DNA of 18,283 nucleotides from Candidatus Anstonellales archaeon (GTDB lineage: Archaea > Micrarchaeota > Micrarchaeia > Anstonellales > J096). Under the pieces are notes generated by a model, which was not told the origin of the DNA, did not search any database, and saw only the letters and a list, made by a program, of their open reading frames with translations. Within the stretch, counting starts at the first letter, position 1; every line of letters starts with the position of its first letter. This document shows positions 1 through 7,947 of the stretch, one piece after another. The stretch covers positions 1 through 18,283 of the forward strand of contig JAVYLQ010000010.1 in the NCBI GenBank assembly GCA_038740615.1, read 5' to 3'. The translations under genes and the position numbers were made by a program.

Positions 1-26
1 AAACAGATATTTTTAATTCAGAATTG

Positions 27-1058
27 ATGTATGTTATAAAATATCACCCCAAAAATCTAGATGATTATTTTAGATACTATGGTGGAGAGGAAGTTTTTAT
101 TAGAAGTTCTATAGAAATGTGGATAAAAAATCCTGATAAACCATTAATCATCTACTCCCCTCCAGGCACAGGAAAAACTGCTCTAGTGTATGCATTAGCC
201 AACACCTATAATATGAACATCTATGAGATTAATTCTTTCAATGTAAAAGATGTAGATCTGAAAACAGTTTCTAAATATGATCTCCATGGTAGACGTACGT
301 TGATATTGATTGATGATATAGATGCAATATTGGAGACATCCAGATTTGATTTAGACTCCATTTTAGATCTCAAGATACCGATTATAATGACTGCAAATGA
401 TATATGGAATGTTAAAATGAAGGATATAAGAGCTAAGATTCAGACAGGGGCAATACAGGCACTAGAACTCAAGATCTCTAAGATTACATACACTAATCTG
501 ATCAGATCAATAATCAGAAGGGAGAAGATAGACTTATCAGAAGATGAGCTTAGAACAATTGTTGAGCTAAATTACCCAGATGTAAGAGCTGGGATTAATG
601 ATCTGGAGATAAGGATCGGTACTAGTAGAGATAGATTAACAAATATATTCCAGGTAATGAATACTATATTAACTACAAAACCTAAAATGATAGATGTGAA
701 GAATTATCTAGATAGGAATCTTAACATAGATGATTATAGAAATTTAATACCTTTTATAGAGTGGAACTTAACTCTTAGGTATGATGGAGAGGAACTCAAA
801 AAAGCATACGAATATATATCTCTTGCTGATATCTTCTTTTTTCATAGTTCAATTCATAGACGATGGAATCTCTTCACATATACTAGTAGATTTATATCCT
901 TCATAGCTACTCTAAAAAATTCCAGTTCTAGGTCAAGAATAGAGTTAAATAGAATTAAAATACCAGTTATGCAAGATAGCAACTTTCATCAGGAGCTACA
1001 TATGAGTCAGAAAAAATATAGGCAGTACGGTTATTTGTTTAAAAATATTTTTACGTAA
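27..1058 (+). CDS. rfcL: Replication factor C large subunit (clamp loader AAA+), short and divergent
   Basis: RFC box II-like IKYHPKNLDD (cf. EKYRPKxLxE), Walker A-like YSPPGTGKT, YEINS, Walker B-like LILIDDID, sensor-1 IIMTAND, sensor-2-like DVRAGINDL, and collar motifs FIEWNL and AYEYISLADIF. The ORF track starts at TTG 24; ATG 27 is preferred. Confidence 0.85.
   Translation: MYVIKYHPKNLDDYFRYYGGEEVFIRSSIEMWIKNPDKPLIIYSPPGTGKTALVYALANTYNMNIYEINSFNVKDVDLKTVSKYDLHGRRTLILIDDIDAILETSRFDLDSILDLKIPIIMTANDIWNVKMKDIRAKIQTGAIQALELKISKITYTNLIRSIIRREKIDLSEDELRTIVELNYPDVRAGINDLEIRIGTSRDRLTNIFQVMNTILTTKPKMIDVKNYLDRNLNIDDYRNLIPFIEWNLTLRYDGEELKKAYEYISLADIFFFHSSIHRRWNLFTYTSRFISFIATLKNSSSRSRIELNRIKIPVMQDSNFHQELHMSQKKYRQYGYLFKNIFT
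1038..1045 (+). promoter_or_regulatory. Putative archaeal TATA box (TTTAAAAA) for the gene at 1067, inside the 3' end of rfcL
   Basis: Ends 21 nt before ATG 1067, the same spacing seen at most other genes in the window. Confidence 0.55.
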
Positions 1059-1066
1059 ATTAATAC

Positions 1067-1621
1067 ATGAATGATCTGAAAGAGTTGAGGAGGATTGTAA
1101 AATACATAAGTGCCCTCCTCCATGAATCTCATTATCCCCATTTGCATAGACAATTATCCAGAGACGATCTACTACAATTGAATAAACTAAGGAAAATGTT
1201 CTTTGATAAAGTAGCTACAAACAAGGATTTAATATATAAAATAAGAGAGGACCCATCTGTATTCATGTGTATTGAGGTAATAAAATTTCTAAATGAGGGG
1301 GAACTTCCAACCAGATTCTACGAAGAGCTGTTTAAGATTATAGAGATGATCTATGAGAATAATCAATTTGAAAATCTATCAGTTATCAGAGAGGATCTGA
1401 AAAAGTTAGACTCTGAAAAAGTGATAGAATTACTAAAGTATTGGAAGTCTAGAGATGAACGATTCTTCCACGTCTTAGAGATATTCGTTGATTATGATAA
1501 TCTTAATAAAATTATTGATCATATAGAGAGTCTAAAGAGAGCTGATAAAGAGTATCTGAAACTATTCTTATCAAAATTAGATAAAGAGTTACTTAAGAGA
1601 ATAAGTGGTGCTTATGAATAG
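1067..1621 (+). CDS. Hypothetical protein, 184 aa, predicted all-alpha and soluble
   Basis: Long ORF with genome-typical codons and a TATA box at the expected spacing. It has an L/K/E-rich amphipathic helical pattern; no family recognised. Confidence 0.75.
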   Translation: MNDLKELRRIVKYISALLHESHYPHLHRQLSRDDLLQLNKLRKMFFDKVATNKDLIYKIREDPSVFMCIEVIKFLNEGELPTRFYEELFKIIEMIYENNQFENLSVIREDLKKLDSEKVIELLKYWKSRDERFFHVLEIFVDYDNLNKIIDHIESLKRADKEYLKLFLSKLDKELLKRISGAYE

Positions 1622-2246
1622 ATTAGCTTTGAAGATAGAGCTCATAAAATTATATAGGAGATGGATAGATGGAGATTTAAGTGTAAAAGAGAGAGCATTA
1701 GAAATAAGGGAGTTGTTGAAAGAGAAAAAATCAGAAGTTCAACTATTATCTGTAAGAGGAGAGATCAAGGGTGGTGAAGTTATTGAACAGAAAGCTCTGG
1801 TTGAGGTAGATGGTGAACAGAAAATAATAGACCTCAAAGAAAGTCCAAAGGAGGAGGGTGGGAAAACATTATTCTCAGAACTATTGGGAGAAGACCTTGT
1901 TAGAAGAGAAGAGCAGGAAGAACCTCAAGAGACAATATCTATACCATCTGATGTTAAGAGAGTTGAATCTCTAGATGAATTAGTTGAGGCTCCACAAGAA
2001 GAGATTATTTTAGAGACACCTAAAGATGAGAGAATCGAGACCATTATAGAAGACAGAGAAAAAGAGGATATGATAGAGAGAATATTGAATTCTACTCCTA
2101 AGAAAGTTCCAGAGGCTCCAGAGAGGAAACCACAAAAAATGGAAATGTCTGAAGAAGATGTGAAAAGAATTCCTGAAAAACATAAGAGCAGATTTGAAAC
2201 TATTATGAATCTGATCTCACAAATATTTAAAGTATTTAAAAAATGA
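1614..2246 (+). CDS. Hypothetical protein with an E/K-rich low-complexity middle and an amphipathic C-terminal helix
   Basis: The ORF track starts at GTG 1605, but GTGGTG (1605-1610) looks like an SD for ATG 1614, which overlaps the upstream gene end by 8 nt. The middle is Glu/Pro/Lys rich and the C-terminus is RFETIMNLISQIFKVFKK. Confidence 0.75.
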   Translation: MNRLALKIELIKLYRRWIDGDLSVKERALEIRELLKEKKSEVQLLSVRGEIKGGEVIEQKALVEVDGEQKIIDLKESPKEEGGKTLFSELLGEDLVRREEQEEPQETISIPSDVKRVESLDELVEAPQEEIILETPKDERIETIIEDREKEDMIERILNSTPKKVPEAPERKPQKMEMSEEDVKRIPEKHKSRFETIMNLISQIFKVFKK

Positions 2247-2249
2247 ATA

Positions 2250-2257
2250 TTTAAATT
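2250..2257 (+). promoter_or_regulatory. Putative TATA box (TTTAAATT) for ileS
   Basis: Ends 21 nt before ATG 2279, with no SD in between. Confidence 0.55.
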
Positions 2258-2278
2258 TTTTTATATAGAAATGTAAAC

Positions 2279-4996
2279 ATGTATGATCATAAAGAGGTAG
2301 AGGAATGGTCAGAAAGATTCTGGCAGGAGAATAATATCTATTCAAAGATAAAAGCTAAAGGAACTAGAAGATTTGAATTCATAGATGGTCCACCATTTGT
2401 TACTGGTGAGATACATCCTGGTACTGCATGGAATAAATGTATAAAGGATAGTATACTCAGATTTTACAGAATGAGAGGATATGATGTTAATGATACTCCT
2501 GGATTCGATACTCATGGATTACCTATAGAAGTTAAAGTAGAAAAAAAGTTGGGCATTGAGAATAAGGGGGAGATTGAATCTAGAATTGGTATAGAGAAAT
2601 TTATCAAAGAATGTAAGGATTTTGCTGAGCAATATAGAAATATAATGACTCAACAGTTGAAGAGATTTCATATTTGGATGGATTGGGATAGACCTTACAT
2701 CACATTCAAAAAAGAATACATAGAGAGATCTTGGAAAACTATAAAGAGAGCTTGGGATAAAGGATTGCTAAAAGAAGGGGATTACGTAGTTCCCTACTGT
2801 TATAGATGCCAAACTACTCTAGCAAACTATGAATTGGAATATAAGGATCTGGAAGATCCAAGCATATACGTTATGTTTCCTACATTTGAAGATGGAAAAT
2901 ACTTACTGATCTGGACTACTACACCATGGACACTCGTTGCAAATCTTGCGGTTATGGTAAATCCAAATGAGATTTACTTAGAAATAGAGAGAGATGGGAA
3001 TATACTGATAGTGGCAAAGAAGAGATTTGAGAATAATAGTATTTTCAAAGACTGGCATGTGAGAAGAGAGTTTCTAGGAAAAGAATTGGAAGGATTGAGA
3101 TATAAACATCCATTTGATGATTTGCTAAAGTTCAAATTCGATAGAAAAGTAATTCTATCTGAAGAGTTTGTATCTATGGAAGATGGTACAGGATTAGTAC
3201 ATTCGGCTCCAGGACATGGAGAGGAAGATTTCAAAGTAGGTCAGACATATGGATTACCAACTTTCTCATTTGTAGATGATGAAGGTAAATATATTGACAT
3301 AGGTGATAGGTTCAAAGGTAGATTATGTAGAGATATGAACAATGAGATAATAGAAATTCTTAAAGAGAGGGGATTGCTATTTAGAAGAGAAACTATTAAG
3401 CACAGCTATCCAACATGCTGGAGATGCAAATCACCTCTTATATATAGATCTACTCATCAATGGTTTATAACAATAACGAACTTCAGAGATAGAATGATAG
3501 AGGAGGCAAAGGGAATAAAATGGGTTCCAAACTTTGCTATGAAAAGATTTGTAAATTTCTTGCAGAATTCACCAGATTGGTGTATATCCAGACAGAGGTA
3601 CTGGGGCATTCCCCTACCCATATGGAAATGTGATAGATGTGGAAATGTTACGGTAATTGATAAGATTCCAGATGGATTGGAAGACCCACATAGACCTTAT
3701 ATAGATCAGATTGTGTTCAAATGTGACAAGTGTGGAGGAGAAATGCATAGAATTCCAGACGTACTGGATGTATGGTTTGACTCAGGAAATGCTGTATGGG
3801 CCAGTACTGGTAAAGATGTTGTAGCTGATTTTATAGTTGAAGGACAGGATCAGATTAGAGGATGGTTCTATTCCCTATTAGGATCTGGGATGATATACTA
3901 CAATAAGATTCCTTACAGAGCAGTAGCTATGCACGGATTCTTCGTTGATGAGAAAGGAGAGAAAATGAGTAAGAGTGTAGGGAATTATGTACCAGTAGAA
4001 GAAATATTAGAAAGAGTCGGAGCAGACGCATTTAGATTGTTTGGTCTCTCAAATAACATTTGGGAAGATTTGAAATTTAACTGGAGAGATTTGGAATTGG
4101 CTAAACGGGAGCTGTTTGTTATACTAAACATAGCTAAATATTTAGAAGATAATTACAGATCAGTTAATTATGTAGATATGAAGATATGGGATAAGTGGCT
4201 AGTGGCAAGATTAAATGAACTTAAGAAAGTATATATAGATTCCTTCCAATCATATGAATACTACATTGCAGTAAGAGCACTTAGGGAGTTTATCATTGAA
4301 GATCTGAGTAGATTCTATATGAAAATAGTTAAGACAAATCCATCTAGTCTTGGAACATTATATCATGTATTTCTTGAGGTTCTTACAATGTTAGCGCCTA
4401 TCACTCCAGCTACCACAGAGTATATCTACCAAAAGTTATATCGCAAACATCACCTAGAGGAGTCCATATTCATGAGAAGCATAGATGATCCGGCTGATTA
4501 TGATAGTGATCTATTAAGAAACATGCAAAGGGTCAGAGGATTGATATCAGAGATTTTGGAGTGGAGACAGCGTGAAAAGATCAATCTTAGAATGCCTATT
4601 CAAGAAGTGATCATATCCGATATATCTCTATATCCATTCAGAGAGATTATTGCAGACATGATAAATGCTAAAGAGATAAGTTTTAATAAACCAGAGAGCT
4701 ATGATCTGAGCTATGATGGAATAGAGGTTAGGATAATTGTTGGGAACCTTGTGGATGAGTGGCTCTATAATGAGATCTCTAGGAGAATACAGTTTTATAG
4801 GAAACAGCTAGGATTGAAAAAGGATGAAACTATTCAACTGCTCTATGATGGATCTGATGCAATAGTAGAGATTATAGATAAATTTAAATCTGAACTTGCT
4901 GAGAAAACGAGGGCAGAGTTAGTGAGAAATGTTGGATTGAGTGATGGGGTTCGATATTCTATTAAGGATATGGAATTGATTCTGAAAAAGGCTTGA
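2279..4996 (+). CDS. ileS: Isoleucine--tRNA ligase (archaeal/eukaryotic type)
   Basis: DGPPFVTG, HIGH-equivalent HPGT, GFDTHGLPIE, CP1 editing motifs WTTTPWTL and GTGLVHSAPGHGEEDF, DWCISRQRYWGIPLP, EGQDQIRGWF, KMSKS, and CxxC pairs (CYRC, CWRC, CDRC, CDKC). Confidence 0.97.
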   Translation: MYDHKEVEEWSERFWQENNIYSKIKAKGTRRFEFIDGPPFVTGEIHPGTAWNKCIKDSILRFYRMRGYDVNDTPGFDTHGLPIEVKVEKKLGIENKGEIESRIGIEKFIKECKDFAEQYRNIMTQQLKRFHIWMDWDRPYITFKKEYIERSWKTIKRAWDKGLLKEGDYVVPYCYRCQTTLANYELEYKDLEDPSIYVMFPTFEDGKYLLIWTTTPWTLVANLAVMVNPNEIYLEIERDGNILIVAKKRFENNSIFKDWHVRREFLGKELEGLRYKHPFDDLLKFKFDRKVILSEEFVSMEDGTGLVHSAPGHGEEDFKVGQTYGLPTFSFVDDEGKYIDIGDRFKGRLCRDMNNEIIEILKERGLLFRRETIKHSYPTCWRCKSPLIYRSTHQWFITITNFRDRMIEEAKGIKWVPNFAMKRFVNFLQNSPDWCISRQRYWGIPLPIWKCDRCGNVTVIDKIPDGLEDPHRPYIDQIVFKCDKCGGEMHRIPDVLDVWFDSGNAVWASTGKDVVADFIVEGQDQIRGWFYSLLGSGMIYYNKIPYRAVAMHGFFVDEKGEKMSKSVGNYVPVEEILERVGADAFRLFGLSNNIWEDLKFNWRDLELAKRELFVILNIAKYLEDNYRSVNYVDMKIWDKWLVARLNELKKVYIDSFQSYEYYIAVRALREFIIEDLSRFYMKIVKTNPSSLGTLYHVFLEVLTMLAPITPATTEYIYQKLYRKHHLEESIFMRSIDDPADYDSDLLRNMQRVRGLISEILEWRQREKINLRMPIQEVIISDISLYPFREIIADMINAKEISFNKPESYDLSYDGIEVRIIVGNLVDEWLYNEISRRIQFYRKQLGLKKDETIQLLYDGSDAIVEIIDKFKSELAEKTRAELVRNVGLSDGVRYSIKDMELILKKA

Positions 4997-5804
4997 AGAT
5001 CTTAGCTACATAAAAATATTCACCTACATCCTTTGGATGCACTCTTACAGTTAGTTTAATGTCCTCATATTGATCTGATATTCCTGGCTCAGATTGTATT
5101 GGTAATTCTATAGGCATTAGTTTTGCCGAGTAGTTCTCTAATAGTGCTGACACTACATCCTCATTCTCATATCTAGTGAATGTACAGGTAGAATATACTA
5201 GTATTCCTCCAGGTCTTAGAGCTCTATAGGTGGCCTCTAGGATTCTATACTGTACACTGGAGAGAGTTCTGATTATTGAATTTGTAACTCTTTTCCATGC
5301 ATATCTATGTGCACCTAGAGCACTACATGGAGCATCTACTAGAGCTCTGTTATAGGAAAAATCCGGCGTCTTTTTAGCATCTCTGCTTATTATAGCTACA
5401 TTCACAACTCCTAATCGTTCTATATTGGCTCTAAGAGAAGATATCCTATCTTTCTTATCATTTGCTATTATAACCCCTCTATTCTCCATTAGCATTGCCA
5501 TCTGAGTAGTTTTACTACCTGGTGCTGCAGTAGCATCATATACAGTATCTCTCGGACTTGGGGATAGAATATGGGGAGGGATTGCTGATGCTAGAGATTG
5601 GGAATGTATATAACCTGCTAAATACTCAATAGAATTACCTATTTTTATGTTGGGTGGTAATTCGTATATGTAAGGTAAGAATGTGGATTTGTAATTAGGT
5701 CTTGCTCTAGTTTTCAACCAATTCACTCTAATATACTTTTTAACCTCTATAAAATCAAGCACATCCCTATATCTACTCAGCTCTGAGTCTATATCGATTT
5801 GCAT
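4962..5804 (-). CDS. RsmB/NOP2/Sun (NSUN) family RNA cytosine-C5 methyltransferase
   Basis: YIRVNWLK, SQSLAS, SAM motif I VYDATAAPGSKTTQ, motif IV LVDAPCS, motif VI LVYSTCT and ENEDVV. Both conserved Cys residues are present. Confidence 0.93.
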   Translation of the reverse strand: MQIDIDSELSRYRDVLDFIEVKKYIRVNWLKTRARPNYKSTFLPYIYELPPNIKIGNSIEYLAGYIHSQSLASAIPPHILSPSPRDTVYDATAAPGSKTTQMAMLMENRGVIIANDKKDRISSLRANIERLGVVNVAIISRDAKKTPDFSYNRALVDAPCSALGAHRYAWKRVTNSIIRTLSSVQYRILEATYRALRPGGILVYSTCTFTRYENEDVVSALLENYSAKLMPIELPIQSEPGISDQYEDIKLTVRVHPKDVGEYFYVAKIFKPFSESIPYP

Positions 5805-6672
5805 AACTATTTGGATAGATGAATTCAGATAGTAATGAATACAGAGAAAATAATCCTCCTATCTGTTTCTTTGGAGTTATATCGCATATGTTATTCGGAT
5901 CTACACCCAATTCATTTGCAAACTTTATAAAGAAATCTCTCTTCAAACCCACATCATCGATCAATCCAACTTTCTTTCCCATGTTACCAGTCATGATTCT
6001 CCCATCAGTAACATTCTCAATTAGTTCCTCTGAGATATATCTGGAATCTAGTAATATCTGTATAAATTGATCATATGTTTCATCTATAATATCCTGTATC
6101 ATAGCCAGCTCCTCATTCGTTATGTTTCTGAACGGACTACCAATATCTTTATATCTTCCAGATTTAACTGCTGTTATGTTTATCCCTAATTTATCCAGTA
6201 GTCCTTGGTAGTTCTCCAAATACATTATTACACCTATATTCCCAATTAGACTGTTCTGATGTGCGTATATTTTAGAGGTACCCAGAGCGATATAATACCC
6301 TCCACTAGCTCCAATCTCCTCTATGTAGGATACCTTAGGTTTATTAAATCTCTTCAATTCTCTATATATCACATCACTAGCCACAACGCTACCACCAGGA
6401 GAATTTATAACAACAAACAATCCTTTGATAGTTGGATTGTCTGATGCTTTTCTAATAGCTTCTGCATAGTCCTCAGCACCAGGATAGTATGAGAAGGTGG
6501 ATTCTCTGGATTTTAAATCTATTACACCCTGAATTTCCAGAACCCCTATACAACTACTCATAGATAGTTGGGGTTTAGATGTTAAAAACAGAACGATCAC
6601 AGATATAATAGATATTATCAACAATCCTACAATTCCTAGTATGGCTATTGCCTTCCAGATATTCTGATTCAT
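5773..6672 (-). CDS. sppA: Signal peptide peptidase SppA (S49 family, short form), N-terminally membrane anchored
   Basis: N-terminal TM helix, INSPGGS, GASGGYYIA (catalytic Ser), IGNIGV, KSGRYKDIGSPFR (catalytic Lys region), DGRIMTG and GLID. Confidence 0.95.
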   Translation of the reverse strand: MNQNIWKAIAILGIVGLLIISIISVIVLFLTSKPQLSMSSCIGVLEIQGVIDLKSRESTFSYYPGAEDYAEAIRKASDNPTIKGLFVVINSPGGSVVASDVIYRELKRFNKPKVSYIEEIGASGGYYIALGTSKIYAHQNSLIGNIGVIMYLENYQGLLDKLGINITAVKSGRYKDIGSPFRNITNEELAMIQDIIDETYDQFIQILLDSRYISEELIENVTDGRIMTGNMGKKVGLIDDVGLKRDFFIKFANELGVDPNNICDITPKKQIGGLFSLYSLLSEFIYPNSYANRYRLRAE

Positions 6673-6693
6673 ACTATCTTAATCACAAGTAAC

Positions 6694-6703
6694 ATTTTAA
6701 AAA
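6694..6703 (-). promoter_or_regulatory. Putative TATA box (TTTTTAAAAT on the minus strand) for sppA
   Basis: Ends 21 nt before ATG 6672 and directly follows the stop codon of the upstream gene. Confidence 0.55.
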
Positions 6704-7813
6704 TCATTTTAGAGCCTTTTCCACAACCGCGTCATCAATTATGGCCTTAACTCCTAAGATCTCATTTATTGAGTTTATTATAGAGGCTATCCTATTTGGT
6801 TCTCTTATATCAGTTATCTTAGCGAATTGTCTAATTGATTCGTCTACTCCAAGATCTCCCCCTAGCAGAGAGTAGAGTATCAAACCTTCCACCCCATGCT
6901 TCTTGTATATGGCGTAGCTATCATATCCATAGCTAGCTCTTAATTCCTTCCGAGTGATCTTCCTAGAACTAACGATACCATACTCTTTGGATATGAAGTT
7001 CAGCATTTCTTTGATTTTGGATAGGGGAATTTTTAGAGCTATTGCTATATCTACTATTCTGAACTTAGGGTTCTGGTCTATGTATCTATCAAATGATTTA
7101 CCATCCTGACCGAATTTCAGGGACATATCCAAAGGCATCTTGTATTTTATAGAATACTTCTTGACAGGATCTTTAACATTCTTATTAATTTCAAACTCTT
7201 CTATATCTGTAAGCTCATTATCTATTTCTTCTATATCAGTAACTATCTTAGGTGCAAATCTGTTTTGAGATGTTTCTTCCTCTCCAGGACTTGAGTGTAG
7301 ATTAGCTGTTCTTATGAAATCTGTGATCTCTACGACTAGATCTATACTGACTCCTGTTTCATCAGCTATCTGTAGAAAACTCTTCTTAGAGTCATAAACT
7401 CTTAGTACTTTTACTCCAGCTTCCCCATACTTAGAATAGATAGTTTTCTCAGCAGGAGTTAAGGAGCTTGGATCGATCTGTGGCTGTGGCTTGGGAGGTT
7501 CTGTAGATGCTGCAATAGGTTCTAGAATAGGTGACTGCTGTGGAGTTTCAACGATCTGAGTTTGTTCATGAATAGTAGGAGGCTTAGCCTGATCCTCCAC
7601 TTCTACTATTATGCTTCTGCTCCTCAAAAACTCCATCAATTTTGCACTATCTATGGCGTATTTATTAGCTAGAAGCACAATATCACTATCAGATATACTC
7701 CCCAGAGATTCTAACTCGTTGTAAAGTAATATAGAATGTTTTCCAAATTGCTTTATCATGTCGGTTTTGTCTCGATTCTTCTCTGCAAATGATTTGTTGT
7801 TTATCCTGTACAC
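6704..7813 (-). CDS. Hypothetical protein with about four degenerate K-[FYH]-G-x-x-[GS]-initiated helical (HTH/wHTH-like) repeats and Pro-rich or acidic linkers
   Basis: Repeats begin KQFGKHSILLY (aa 21), KYGEAGVKVL (aa 128), KFGQDGKSF (aa 233) and KHGVEGLILY (aa 305). HTH-like segments include SFLQIADETGVSIDLVVEI and RIVDIAIALKIPLSKIKEM. The GTG start fits the TATA spacing. Confidence 0.75.
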   Translation of the reverse strand: MYRINNKSFAEKNRDKTDMIKQFGKHSILLYNELESLGSISDSDIVLLANKYAIDSAKLMEFLRSRSIIVEVEDQAKPPTIHEQTQIVETPQQSPILEPIAASTEPPKPQPQIDPSSLTPAEKTIYSKYGEAGVKVLRVYDSKKSFLQIADETGVSIDLVVEITDFIRTANLHSSPGEEETSQNRFAPKIVTDIEEIDNELTDIEEFEINKNVKDPVKKYSIKYKMPLDMSLKFGQDGKSFDRYIDQNPKFRIVDIAIALKIPLSKIKEMLNFISKEYGIVSSRKITRKELRASYGYDSYAIYKKHGVEGLILYSLLGGDLGVDESIRQFAKITDIREPNRIASIINSINEILGVKAIIDDAVVEKALK

Positions 7814-7832
7814 GTTTTAATAATACAAAAAC

Positions 7833-7842
7833 TTTTTAAAAA
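7833..7842. promoter_or_regulatory. Palindromic TTTTTAAAAA, probable bidirectional TATA box for tRNA-Ser (+) and the 369-aa gene (-)
   Basis: Perfect 10-bp palindrome in a 50-bp divergent gap, about 21 nt from the tRNA 5' end and about 19-21 nt from GTG 7813. An A-rich BRE-like run lies upstream on the + strand. Confidence 0.6.
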
Positions 7843-7863
7843 TCTATTCAGTAATCATAACTT

Positions 7864-7947
7864 GCCGGGATGGCAGAGCGGTCGATTGCGCTGGACTTGA
7901 GATCCAGTGCCCGAAAGGGTTCGGGGGTTCGAATCCCTCTCCCGGCG
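7864..7947 (+). tRNA. tRNA-Ser (anticodon UGA), intronless, CCA not encoded
   Basis: Acceptor stem GCCGGGA/TCCCGGC, anticodon arm CTGGA-CTTGAGA-TCCAG (TGA at 7898-7900), long variable arm GCCC-GAAA-GGGT, T arm GGGGG-TTCGAAT-CCCTC and discriminator G. It is a GC-rich island in AT-rich DNA. Confidence 0.97.

Noticed and set aside
2974..3234. 86-aa minus-strand ORF
   Set aside because: Antisense shadow inside ileS, with an S/F/L-rich composition typical of a reverse frame.
5819..6444. Plus-strand ORFs of 83 and 61 aa
   Set aside because: Antisense shadows inside sppA.
7199..7242. 14-bp near-direct repeat (TTCTATATCWGTAA) at 30-bp spacing
   Set aside because: It encodes the TDIEE peptide duplication and has only two copies, so it is not a CRISPR array or regulatory repeat.
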